A stretch of DNA of 63,586 nucleotides, filler included, from Globobulimina sp. (Eukaryota): NCBI GenBank assembly GCA_003354225.1. It is 29 parts of 29 records of this genome, joined end to end, with 100 filler letters (N's around TTAATTAATTAA, not from the genome) between each part and the next. Parts side by side here need not be neighbours in the genome. Positions count along the whole stretch, not along the records: positions 13,187 to 15,283 come from PIVH01009024.1; positions 15,384 to 17,480 come from PIVH01009025.1; positions 17,581 to 19,677 come from PIVH01009026.1; positions 19,778 to 21,874 come from PIVH01009027.1; positions 21,975 to 24,071 come from PIVH01009028.1; positions 24,172 to 26,268 come from PIVH01009029.1; 23 more parts are not named here. One strand, given 5' to 3'. Positions 13,087 to 24,298 of the stretch are shown piece by piece (the stretch's first letter is position 1; each line of letters begins with the position of its first letter). The translations under genes were made by a program, and so were the position numbers. The notes under the pieces were generated by a model, which was not told where the DNA came from, did no database searches, and saw only the letters and a program-made list of their open reading frames with translations.

Positions 13087-13186
13087 NNNNNNNNNNNNNN
13101 NNNNNNNNNNNNNNNNNNNNNNNNNNNNNNTTAATTAATTAANNNNNNNNNNNNNNNNNNNNNNNNNNNNNNNNNNNNNNNNNNNN

Positions 13187-13250
13187 TTACTCCAAAAGTT
13201 GAAGTCCGATCACCACAATGAAAATTAGCTCAATAGTTGTGACTGCAGTG
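13187..13250. mobile_element. Right end of a small palindromic CACTGCAG-terminated MITE-like element
   Basis: Shares ACTCCAAAAGTTGAA and AAAATTAGCTCA...GTTGTG.CTGCAGTGAT with 53503-53590. Confidence 0.65.
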
Positions 13251-13391
13251 ATTGATGGCCAACTTTTTCGTTTCGAGATAAGTAACGTGTTTCAGAAAAC
13301 ACAGTTTTTGGTCGAGGGGGAGCCCCCAAGACCAAAAACTGTGTTTTCGGAAACACGTTACTTATCCGAGAATAAAAAGTTGGCCATCAAT
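13251..13391. repeat. 141-nt imperfect palindrome (arms about 65 bp)
   Basis: ATTGATGGCCAACTTTTT..GATAAGTAACGTGTTTC.GAAAACACAGTTTTTGGTC pairs with GACCAAAAACTGTGTTTTC.GAAACACGTTACTTATC..AAAAAGTTGGCCATCAAT. Confidence 0.92.
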
Positions 13392-13610
13392 ACAATGCTG
13401 GTTTTAAAAAAGTTGGCCATGGGAGAAAAAAAAAATGTATAATAAGTGCTGGTTTTATTATTGCTATAATATGATATTTATATTTGTGTTTGTGTTTTTT
13501 TATTATTTCAGATATATAGAAAAAACCTAAAACTAAAAATAAACTTCCTTTCTTTTGACATCCTTCCTAACTAAAATACCCTCACTTTCTTAGCACCCCA
13601 TTCCTAAAAT

Positions 13611-14081
13611 ATGTCAGATGAGAAAAAAGAAGAGAAAAAAGAAGAGGGCGGTAGCTTTGGTCCAGTGCCGCTATTAAAATTCATAAAATTGCAGATGCTG
13701 AATGCTGATTTAGAATTGGAATTAGCGAATCAAGAAGATAAAATTTACGAATTACATTGTGAGGTTTGCCGCCTCGAGGACGAAGAAAGGCAATTAAAAG
13801 ATCAGATTACTGGATTTGTGATTGGATCATTTGCATCCAAAACGAGTGCCGATATATTTCAAGATCAATTGGTGCAGGCATTGGATGCAAAAAGCAAACA
13901 AATTGCTGATTTGAAAGAGAGATTGGTGGTTATTGGCGGCAAAAATAAAGTGAATAATAGGTGGCGAATATTACAGGCTGCCGCTTATCGGGATATGAAA
14001 GTGAAGTTAGCGGAGGAAAAGCACGCGCTGCCACAGCAGCTGCGGTGGCTGTTGCCTCTGCAAATAATAATAGTAAGGTGA
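13611..14081 (+). CDS. Hypothetical coiled-coil protein upstream of the recombinase
   Basis: 156-aa ORF with heptad pattern. Confidence 0.5.
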   Translation: MSDEKKEEKKEEGGSFGPVPLLKFIKLQMLNADLELELANQEDKIYELHCEVCRLEDEERQLKDQITGFVIGSFASKTSADIFQDQLVQALDAKSKQIADLKERLVVIGGKNKVNNRWRILQAAAYRDMKVKLAEEKHALPQQLRWLLPLQIIIVR

Positions 14082-14363
14082 TGAATGTGGATGATATTCA
14101 TGTTTATAATGAATATCATTGAATAATATCTGTAATACATTGAATAATATCTAATAAATTATTAATAAATCCATTTTATCCATGCGTTTCAAATTGGTTG
14201 TTGTCCGAAATAATATCCAGATTCGTTCTTAACAGGTCCAGATTTATACAAATTCTGCTTCAGCAACGTTTAGTGGTTTGCGACATCCTTAATATTTCAG
14301 TTTAAAAAAAAAAACCACTTTACAGTCTTTATTTAGTTTCATCTCAACATGTCAATATAATAA

Positions 14364-15060
14364 ACAGCGAGTGTTGGTACATATAATAAACATTTTGCGA
14401 AATATCATGGATTTATTAGCAAATATAATTTGGAGATCAATGAAGAAACAATTATGATGTGGTTCGAATCAATGAGCGAAGCGGGAGCGGCACATACATC
14501 GATGTATAGTTATTACAGTGCGATTAAATCAGTATTAATTTCAAAATATTCTATCAATGCAGAACCGTGGTTATTAGCAAAGAAATGGTTGAAGCGATAT
14601 GCGGAGGGAAAGAAAGTGAAAAAGGCGCCGATATTTACAGCAGAAGAAATAAAGCGATTTTTAAACGATACGGATGAAGAAGAATTTATGGTGGATAAAA
14701 TTTCAATGATTTGTGGCTTAAATGGGTGCTTTCGACCCATTGAATTTACGGCTTTATATCATCATAAGTCCGATGATGAAAAAATCATCGTTATTTTTAT
14801 TTGTCTCTGTTTTGATAAATATAAACAACACAGAAAAACAGCAAAGAAAAGTTATTAGGTTTTATTATTGGAAGGCGAAGACGAAGAAGTTTACGAATTT
14901 TATGGTCACAAGAAATGAATCAGTCGATCGGATATTGCGTTATATGGCAGCAAGAAAGAGATATTGGAATAAAAATGGTATCAAATATGGCTCTCGTTTT
15001 ATATGGCAAAGAAAATACAGTATAAAGACCCGCCGTTATCGGCATCATGGACAAGCGCAA
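14364..15060 (+). mobile_element. Tyrosine recombinase of a Crypton-type DNA transposon, spliced or decayed, C-terminus not recovered
   Basis: SAM-like MYSYYSAIKSVL, KKVKKAPIFTAEEIKRFL, box I GLNGCFRPIEF, then KAKTKKFTNF and GQAQG in the next frame. Confidence 0.8.
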
Positions 15061-15667
15061 GGTGTTTTTTTTTTGTTAGTTTTTGTGGTGTTTTTTTTTT
15101 GTTAGTTTTTATGGCGTTTTGTTATTTTTGTATCTGTTTTATATGCTATATAGTATAATAAAAGTGTTTTTCGTTTCTATTTTATTTTATAAAACAGTTC
15201 CACGTCTCCTATAAAAAACAAATAAAGTTACGGTTATGGCGTTTTTTGAACATAAAATATTATATTTTTGGTGATTGCTATGANNNNNNNNNNNNNNNNN
15301 NNNNNNNNNNNNNNNNNNNNNNNNNNNTTAATTAATTAANNNNNNNNNNNNNNNNNNNNNNNNNNNNNNNNNNNNNNNNNNNNTGAATTTGACACAGACA
15401 TCAATACAACAACAAACTCTTACAGTGAAATACACTGAGAATACACGAAGTCCCTCGACAAAGCCAACCCAACTCACTAATTAATTCCTATGCCATCATC
15501 TGACATCTGCACCCACATAATCTCTTCCTCTTCCTCTTCTTCCATTTCCCAATGCCTTGAACTGGCGGTGTCTTACCCTGCGATGTTGAGTTACATTTAA
15601 TGGAACCGCAATTTCAAAGTGGTGATACCATACAAATTAAATACGAGGATGAAAAAGTTGTGTTGAG

Positions 15668-16720
15668 CTAGCCAGTACAAGTGACTTTGTATGGATCATG
15701 AAAATTATACACATGGAACCACATATTTGCACCATATTTAACACCCTCTTCAACAGGCAATGCTTCGTGATTTGTGCGGTGTTCTTTTTTATAGGGATCG
15801 TCATTTAACACAGACGGCCATATCGCAACGGATCCCTTTTCCGCAGGGATTGTAACCCCCAATTTATTAAACTTAGTGCCACCACCTTTTATTGGCGTAT
15901 TTAGATATATAAAAAACGTATAAACTCTCGGTCCAATCGGTAAATCCAAATGATCAGAGATGTAATCATGATGTTGCACATAATATTGACCAACCTCATA
16001 CTTTAATAATTGAAAATATTCACTATTTTCTTTTGGAATCATAGTAATGTTTTGAGCTTTTTGTGCAATGGAATTTATAATTGGATGCTGCCAACAATTT
16101 TGAGTGCACCATGACGTGGATGATGTCCTTGCATCGGATATTATTTCCTCAAATTTGGCATCACCACCTTTCATTTTTCCCGCATCGACACTGCGCCGAA
16201 AATTGCGACCCCCAATTTTTATAAATGTATCACATTCTTCATCATTAAAAACATTATGCAATTGAACCAGCCATGGATCGGTAGAGAATACGGTGGGTTT
16301 ATATTCACCGAAATCTGTCAATAAACGTTTAAACATTTTGTTGATATCACCAGCCTTTACTGCAGCTTTTGCATTCGGATGACGTTGACATCTCACTTTT
16401 GCATTTTTTAAATGACAAAAACCACACGATTTTGGACAAGCAAACACCATAAAACCAGGGTTATTTTCACATGCATTTGTATTTATTGCCCAATATTGAC
16501 AGTCACGTTCATCGCGTTCATTGTCACAGTCGTAGTCTTTTGGCAATGCCCAAATATGTTCAAGATGATCAGTTACTGTTTGTTCCTCTGATATGTCGCT
16601 ACATGTTTGTGTTCCATCCTCATTCCCAACACAAACATTATTAGCATGGTTTCCACATATTATAATTTTCAATGCTAAAAATAACTCAAATAGGTAGACC
16701 AATAATTTGTTAACAGCCAT
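15668..16720 (-). CDS. P4H: ShK-domain prolyl 4-hydroxylase (2OG-Fe(II) oxygenase), secreted
   Basis: Signal peptide; ShK CQYWA..ACENNPGFMVFACPKSCGFC; YVQHHD, GGGTKF, HEALPVEEGVKYGANMW. Confidence 0.92.
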   Translation of the reverse strand: MAVNKLLVYLFELFLALKIIICGNHANNVCVGNEDGTQTCSDISEEQTVTDHLEHIWALPKDYDCDNERDERDCQYWAINTNACENNPGFMVFACPKSCGFCHLKNAKVRCQRHPNAKAAVKAGDINKMFKRLLTDFGEYKPTVFSTDPWLVQLHNVFNDEECDTFIKIGGRNFRRSVDAGKMKGGDAKFEEIISDARTSSTSWCTQNCWQHPIINSIAQKAQNITMIPKENSEYFQLLKYEVGQYYVQHHDYISDHLDLPIGPRVYTFFIYLNTPIKGGGTKFNKLGVTIPAEKGSVAIWPSVLNDDPYKKEHRTNHEALPVEEGVKYGANMWFHVYNFHDPYKVTCTG

Positions 16721-16812
16721 TATAAACAGTTTAAAGTTTTCGTTCAACTTAAAAACTTGATCATCGCCGCTCGTGCAAACACTTGATATCATATCATATC
16801 ATATAATAGATA

Positions 16813-17127
16813 ATGTGGAAAAATTTAGCATCAAAAGTTTATGAAGTAAGATTTGCATTTTGTCAAAAATCATCTGGTTCTTCAGGAATTCGATCATTTT
16901 TAAGGAATGAATACATAGCAATGAAAAAAGCAAATCCAAGATTACCAATATTAATTCGAGAATGTGAAGATACTTTGCCACGAATGACTGTTCGATATAA
17001 TTTTGGGAGGGAAAATTCAATTGTTTGCGATGGATTGAATGATATACAAATTAGAGACAAATTGAATGAGATGGCAATAGATCAAAAGCAATTAAGTGAA
17101 GAGAATAAATCATTTCTTGGACGATAA
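16813..17127 (+). CDS. NDUFA2: NADH dehydrogenase complex I subunit B8
   Basis: EVRFAFCQKSSGSSGIRSFL..MKKANPRLPILIRECE..RYNFGRE. Confidence 0.9.
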   Translation: MWKNLASKVYEVRFAFCQKSSGSSGIRSFLRNEYIAMKKANPRLPILIRECEDTLPRMTVRYNFGRENSIVCDGLNDIQIRDKLNEMAIDQKQLSEENKSFLGR

Positions 17128-17580
17128 TGTTGAACAAAAAGTGCAAGGATACAAACAAACACTTCTAGTAATTAAAAAAATGTTGATTATAAAATATAAA
17201 TGAACGTTTTATTCGCTTTTATTGGTTACACCATATTACGGATTTCGAATTGATCAAAAGTTGTAAAAGTAAAAATATGATGAAATGTTAAAATGTATGC
17301 AAATCATGAAAAACTGTCAAAATTAAATATTTATGGGATATCAGCAATATAGAATATTGATAAAAGTATGAAATCGTCGAAAATTGTAAAATTCCGATGA
17401 AAATTTCCAAATTAACTAAGTATTGATGATTTTGTCCTGATTCTGCGAAACTTTCGTCGGAATTTTGCGATTTGGGGCAANNNNNNNNNNNNNNNNNNNN
17501 NNNNNNNNNNNNNNNNNNNNNNNNTTAATTAATTAANNNNNNNNNNNNNNNNNNNNNNNNNNNNNNNNNNNNNNNNNNNN

Positions 17581-18710
17581 TATTCTGCTTTTAATTCTGC
17601 TTTATTTGCAATATGAGTAATACCCGTTAAAAGGCCTGGTGCCATAGTCACGAATGTTGCAATGAAAATTACAATTACTACAAAGCGCACATGTTTATCC
17701 GTTTGACCAGTCAAACAACGTTGAGTCACTATGTACATGTACAGTATTTAGTAAATCTAAAATATATAAAAAATATATAACATAACCATGTGGATTTAAT
17801 GAGAAAGACAGCGCAGATAAAGTAAACAATATATAATTTAGTATGGACGCAGATGATGGTGACCGAAGAAAATATTGAGCAGCGATATTATTTGTTTCGT
17901 AATTTAGACATCCAGAGGTTTCATTTTTATTTGAATTGTAACAGGGAACAGTTAAAAGACTGGAATTATTTACCTGGCCAATAAAACCTCCGCTAAATAC
18001 AGTAATAATAATGGGAATGGTAATAAATACTATCAGCATAACAATAGCTTCAACGGCATCAGTATAGGCAACAGATCTCATACCACCAAATGCTTCGAAT
18101 ATTAATATCATGATAGTGGATGCGACCACAACTGGATAAAAACCCAGCTCACCGTTAGTTAAATTATCAATGGTTACACCCAAAGAGAATAAATTAATGC
18201 CTATGTACAATAATTGTGGAGTACACATCAATAAAGCAACTAAAATTGAAATCGTTTTATTTTTGAATCTGTCTGCAATAAAATCGCCAGGCGACTCATA
18301 TGAACGTACAATACTTAATCGTCTCAATCGAGGATACAGCCATAACATTGATATTGCAACAACGGTAATAAATGACATCCAACGCACGCCGGTAAATCCA
18401 TTCTTACCCGTTTCATTTGGCACTCCCACAACGGTATAACCACTAAATACTGAGGCGAATGTTGTGAACCTTAATATATATATATATAATATATTTGTAC
18501 AGCTACGTATCTATATATATATCAATATATATCTATAGTATACGTTAGAATGATAGCCCCAAAATTCTTTGAGGCTAAAAAATGTTTGGTAATATGCGTT
18601 GACTTATCTGCTTTGTCTCTATTTTTAATATTTGCTGCGACAGTAACTGCTGCGGTAGCTAATACATATAATGTGAGTACAACATAAGTTGGCCACTGTT
18701 CTGATACCAT
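17581..18710 (-). CDS. Sodium:solute symporter (SSS, PanF/PutP-like); introns 18470-18543 and 17729-17786; 3' partial
   Basis: HFLASKNFG, FASVFSGYTVVGVP, SPGDFIADRF, GGMRSVAYTD; both GT-AG introns restore frame. Confidence 0.88.
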
Positions 18711-18778
18711 GGTGAATTTGAATTTAAGGTTTTCGAGATGATGAAAAACTTTAATTAATTTGCTTCAATTAAATCATA

Positions 18779-19423
18779 ATGTCACTGAGTGCTGACGAAG
18801 CTATTGAATCTGATGAAAAAGGACTAGTGGATGACAGAAATGATATTTATTTGTCAGTTTACAGTCGTTATGATAAATGCAGATCGTTTGGAGTGGCTTA
18901 TCTCGACAAATTCACTGAAACTATTTATATCGGAAAATTTGGAGAACAACAGCAACTCAATAATTGTTAAGTAACTTCAAATCAAACCAAATTAAAATTA
19001 AATTGAAATCAATTAATATGCAGTCAAATTACAATTAAATCCTCGTGTTATTATTACGCAAACATCTGAACATAACGGACTTCATCAATTATTAAAAAAA
19101 AGTCATCATTCGCGGCCATATAAAATGAAAATAATGAAACGAAATGCATTTAATTATGAACATTGCAAATCAGTTTTAACCCAAATAAGTTTTAACGATA
19201 ATTCAGATTCAAACAATAATGATAATAATAACAATAATAAGCAGCCATACGAACATTCAACAAATGAAAATAAATTATTAGCATTATATTCCATCATTAA
19301 TTTTGATGATGTTGTGGTTATCTCAAGCTTGGGTGCCTTGTGTCAATATATTATGAAACATCGTATTTTAGATCAGTTAGAAGATGATTTGTATCAAAAG
19401 TTGATGATAAATGATATCAAAGC
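18779..19423 (+). CDS. MSH5: Meiotic MutS homolog 5, N-terminal part; intron 18966-19023; interrupted by GC-richer foreign sequence
   Basis: FGVAYLD, KLQLNPRVII, AFNYEHCK and INFDDVVVISSLGALCQYIMKHRILDQLE resemble the MSH5 connector region. Confidence 0.7.
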
Positions 19424-20340
19424 AGCTATAATTTGATGGTCAATTGTCGAGTAAGAGCCTATCTGTCCTTGGTGGGTTTCAGCAATTAGTTTTGCAAGCA
19501 AGCAGGTACTTCGAAATGTTGGGGCTTGGCCGCAGATAGAACCTAAACGAAATTGTCCATATCGCCGTTTGGCTGTGAGTGAAATGCCTAGAGACAAAGG
19601 CTGGCCGTCGCTGTTACCTGACCCATCGCGTTGGGCAAAAACAGAGGAATTGCGTGTGGCATTAGATGCCATTACAGNNNNNNNNNNNNNNNNNNNNNNN
19701 NNNNNNNNNNNNNNNNNNNNNTTAATTAATTAANNNNNNNNNNNNNNNNNNNNNNNNNNNNNNNNNNNNNNNNNNNNATAATTAACATTTCCTATTTCAT
19801 CATTCACCAAAAAAACTTTTTTAACATTCTTAATAAAATGTTATCTTTTAACATTTTATTTATAACCTATTTTCATTCCAAAACTTGACATGGGGATTCC
19901 TACTATACCCTACAAAGATTAAATACATACAAAGATTTTTTTCGATTAACTAGATGTGCTACTCTTTTACAGGGGTGTTCCCGATAAGTTGTACGTATAA
20001 ATGGTGGACCTGTCAATATGACAACCTTCTGCATGGGCCATCATTGGAACAAAACACGAAAGAATAAATGAAAGATTTGGTGGCCATCCACAGTCACAAA
20101 CAAATACAACAAGACCAAAAAAGATTTATAATGAGGGATAGATTATTATATAATTTTTGTTTGAAATCATTATGATATTTGGATATTAATTATATCCGAT
20201 CATTTGATTTACTTTTTAGTAAAAAATTCTATATTGATTTTTTAATTTCAACTGATTATTCCTCCACAATATTCTTTTAAAATGTTCGAAGATTTGGAAA
20301 CAACCAAACCAAAAACTTTAAAGTTTTTTTCAGTTGAACC

Positions 20341-21135
20341 ATGGAGAAGTATTATTGGGGAGAAGTAGATTCATTAATCAATTGGTGTGAACATGACTAT
20401 ATAGAGGACAATTCAATGATTGCTGAGTTTTGGAATTCATGGTCTAACTCATTCTTTATCATTTCTGGGCTAATTGCAATACGGCTTGCTTTCAAATATA
20501 GACTACCAACACCATATTTAATCACATCATTTTCTATTGTATTCACTGGAATATTTTCATTTTGTTTTCATGCCACATTAAGATATTGGATGCAAAAACT
20601 TGATGAATCCTTTGAAACCTTATTGTTACTGGGCATATTTCATAGTTTTGACAGCGACCATCAATTCATGTATACTCATATGATTTGCGCCGTTGTGGGT
20701 ATATTATTTATAGAAAAATGGTTTTGCGAAATTCATTTAGTTTTAATTGCATTATTAACTTTCATCCAATTATATAAATTAGGATGGAAAATATTAAATG
20801 AATTATATTATCAATTTTTCCCATGGATAAGAAATTATTTTTTGATTGCGGGCATAATGTGGTTGATTGATAGGATCGCTTGTGATTATTTATATAATTT
20901 GCCATACAATATACCAAATCCTCAGTTGCATGCTAGTGGATGGCATTTATTTTGTGCATTGGGAGTAAACCAAACAATGTTTGCCGTCTGTGCCATGCAT
21001 AGATTTTATGACTATGAACCAACACAACACATCGGTAATGCCAAAGGGAATAAACTTGTAACAATCAAGAAATTATTTGGTTTTATCCCGTATGACATTG
21101 ATTTCAATATTATTGTGACAGACAAACAAAAGTAA
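20341..21135 (+). CDS. ACER: Alkaline ceramidase (CREST family)
   Basis: YWG..DSLINWCEHDY, IAEFWNSWSN, SFCFHATL..MQKLDE, PQLHASGWHLF. Confidence 0.92.
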   Translation: MEKYYWGEVDSLINWCEHDYIEDNSMIAEFWNSWSNSFFIISGLIAIRLAFKYRLPTPYLITSFSIVFTGIFSFCFHATLRYWMQKLDESFETLLLLGIFHSFDSDHQFMYTHMICAVVGILFIEKWFCEIHLVLIALLTFIQLYKLGWKILNELYYQFFPWIRNYFLIAGIMWLIDRIACDYLYNLPYNIPNPQLHASGWHLFCALGVNQTMFAVCAMHRFYDYEPTQHIGNAKGNKLVTIKKLFGFIPYDIDFNIIVTDKQK

Positions 21136-21512
21136 TTATGATGCAAATCAGAAACGTTTCTTTCTGACCCTTGAATAGTTATTTTTTTTTTCCATTAAAC
21201 ACAATATTACCACTTACCAACGCGTATTCGCAATTGCATTAATGTACGAGTATTATTTTTAAAACTCATGATATAAATTAATACAATAATTATAACAAAA
21301 AGTTAACAAATAAAAACAAGATAACAAGATAGATACTATCAAAAATATTGAAATGGACTATAAAAATATAATAAATATATTTTTTTTTTTTATTTATTTT
21401 TTTATTGTTTTTTATGAATTATTTTTGTTTATTTTTTTTTTAAATGAAAACTTAAATGAACCCACAGCTGTCACAGGATAAAAAAAAATAAATGGTTGAA
21501 GTGTATGAATGT

Positions 21513-21620
21513 CTATCTATTCGTATTCGTATTGACTTTAGCAGGAAACGTAGGCATCATATCCTTTGTCGATGGATATGGAATCTCTTTGAAAAATGGA
21601 TGTTTTATAGCATTTTCCGC
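21513..21620 (-). CDS. C-terminal tail of a CDK11/PITSLRE-type kinase (fragment)
   Basis: AENAIKHPFFKEIPYPSTKDMMPTFPAK; upstream sequence is unrelated and GC-richer. Confidence 0.6.
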   Translation of the reverse strand, partial: AENAIKHPFFKEIPYPSTKDMMPTFPAKVNTNTNR

Positions 21621-21760
21621 ATCAGGAGCGGTATTGGCAGCATACGTCCGAGTCCCTTCTACATTCAACCGCATATTGCCGCTGGCTCGAATCAGCTCCA
21701 TCTGAAACTCAACACCGACTGTTGTTGCCTGATCTGAAAAATAGAGCCGAACATAATCGC

Positions 21761-21862
21761 CCGGCCCGACAAAATCCGAGATACCACCGACGCAGATACC
21801 CCAGAATGTTTTGCTATGACCTGCTGAGTCACCGGTCTGCTCAAATATTTATCAGTTCTCAT
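21761..21862 (-). CDS. Bacterial LacI-family HTH fragment
   Basis: My translation MRTDKYLSRPVTQQVIAKHSGVSASVVSRILSGR matches the LacI N-terminal pattern. Confidence 0.6.
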
Positions 21863-21999
21863 CTTCACTCAAAANNNNNNNNNNNNNNNNNNNNNNNNNN
21901 NNNNNNNNNNNNNNNNNNTTAATTAATTAANNNNNNNNNNNNNNNNNNNNNNNNNNNNNNNNNNNNNNNNNNNNTCTTACATTGCTAAATTGAAAAAAT

Positions 22000-23775
22000 T
22001 TAATTCAAACAAAGATAATCATTCGTGGTTTTACTATCTGACCTAATATTTTGCTCATCGATATCATCTGCTATTTGATGTAAACTGCATGCGGTCAATC
22101 TATGTTCAATATCACTTTCATTTTCATCCGGATCCATCCCACTATTTTGAATTAATGCTCTTGTTTTGGGTGATGTTTTAATATGATTTGATTTTTCTTC
22201 ATTTTCCAGTTTCTTTAAAACTTCACTCCTTTCCTTTGCGAGCATAACTTGTTTATTCCAATCCGTCCTCAATAAAATTATCCAAATTAAAACGCATCGC
22301 AGTATCTCAATCAACAGCGCCCATTTCCAAATTAAACAAATGGCGCTCCATTTATGTGCCTTTCTCCATTTTGAATAAACAGCCAAATAAATAGCACCAG
22401 GCACAAACATCAGCCATGCTGTGAACGAATAAACATACGATCTCTCCACATTCCTTGCCATGCCCTCCATGGCTCCGCACGCCGACCATCCCAATCCACC
22501 AACAAAAAACAACAAACATAGCACAGGAATCGCATGCTCCAATATTTCAATCACATCCTCCGCTGAGCTGTACAACGCTGCTATATTACGCCTAAAAATA
22601 TAGCATAGAATGGAAATTATTCCATTGATAACAATGGATAAACAGCTGGACAGTTTTATAATTAATTTAGTTCCATTAATATCTCCATTACTTATACTTT
22701 TACCGCACCGCACAATGGTCGCTAAGCCAATGCCCCAATACACAGACCACAGAACACCCCACACACTGAAAATAACGGTGTTCGCTGCAACATCGCTGTC
22801 CGGCAATGTGCCACATATCAACACAACAACTTGATACGACCAATTTTCTGTGGCATCTCCAATCATCATCACACCAATCACTTTGAAAAAGTTTCTTATT
22901 CGACTGCATGCAAAGGATTTGCAGGTCCATCCCTTCCATGTTCCCGATTTCTTAGGATATTGTTTATAGAGAATAGCGTACAAACAAAATATGCTCAGTT
23001 GGAAGGTCAGAGAACAGGCTGTGGCGATGGGCGATCCTTTAAAGCCCAAACCATCAAATTGAATGTGAATAGATCCTCTGAATAAAGTGAGCTCCAATCC
23101 ATAGATTAATATTTGATTCAATAACACATTCATTCCAACAGATAATATGCTGACAATTGTGGCCGGATGCACTATTTGCATGGCTTGGAAATATTGTCTG
23201 ATCGCCATGTAAATAAAGGTTGGCACTAAAAATAAACACGAATATCTGCCAAAAATGGAGGCATAATCAAGTACATTTTGATCATGTTCGAAAGGGGAAA
23301 TAATATCTTTTACAAAGAATAATATCGTAAAGGATGGGATTAACATAACAGCGGACACAGCCAAGGATAATTGGAACCAATTCCCAGCTAACTCTGGGTT
23401 TCCTGCGCCGATTGCTTGACTGCATAATGAATTTAATCCGTAAGCTGGAGCAAATAAAAACGTTCCTGTGATGTTGGCACATAGAGCCGCCATGGCGCTC
23501 CCTGCTAATTCAGCTGTGCCTAAATGACCTAAGAAAGCTGTGTCGATGCTATACATTATAATACGAGCAATCTAAATAATTATTCACACTTTATTATGTT
23601 TGCAAGGTGGTGGCAGGTTACATACTGTGGCTAATGTTACGGGCCATGCAAAATTTAGTATTTCAAAGATTTCGGAGCGTAACGCTATTGGTTGAATAAT
23701 GTCCGTGGCATCATTCTGTTTGGGGTTATCAACTTTTGCTGGACTGGAGACTATATTTGGTGGTGATAGGTACAT
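22000..23775 (-). CDS. MATE family efflux transporter; intron 23572-23625
   Basis: FAWPVTLAT|IARIMYSIDTAFLGHLGTAELAG, LCSQAIGAGN, LGFKGSPIAT. Confidence 0.92.
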
Positions 23776-23914
23776 GGCAATATAAAAAGATTTCGGGAGG
23801 ATGGTTGCTTTTTTGTTGTGTGGGAAAGACGTATGTAGGCAATATGTAAAGAGTGAAGTTTTTTGTAAATATAAAAGAAAAACAAAACACCAAGAAAATC
23901 AGTTAACAAACTAC

Positions 23915-24071
23915 ATATATATCAGATATAGTCAATATATATCCAGATATATCTCAGCTATATCCAGATATATCCCATATGTATTTCGGATATATACCAA
24001 CGTCTGGATACATAGTTGAGATACATCTGATACATATGGGATACATCTGAATATAGCTGAGATATATCTGG
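23915..24071. repeat. Imperfect palindrome built from ~11-nt CCAGATATAT-like units
   Basis: 42-nt arm from 23943 pairs with the contig end, with 2 mismatches. Confidence 0.85.
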
Positions 24072-24298
24072 NNNNNNNNNNNNNNNNNNNNNNNNNNNNN
24101 NNNNNNNNNNNNNNNTTAATTAATTAANNNNNNNNNNNNNNNNNNNNNNNNNNNNNNNNNNNNNNNNNNNNGGCTCTTCTTGAGCTAAGCGATAATAATA
24201 TGTTGTTTCCTTTTCTTCTGGACAGGGTGGGACCTTTTCGAACTGAACTGATCTGTTCGAAAAGTTTTTGGAAAATTCAGTACATATCGGAAAGCCCT

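Noticed and set aside
13218..13442. 74-aa ORF
   Set aside because: It overlies the palindrome and MITE end, so it is likely spurious
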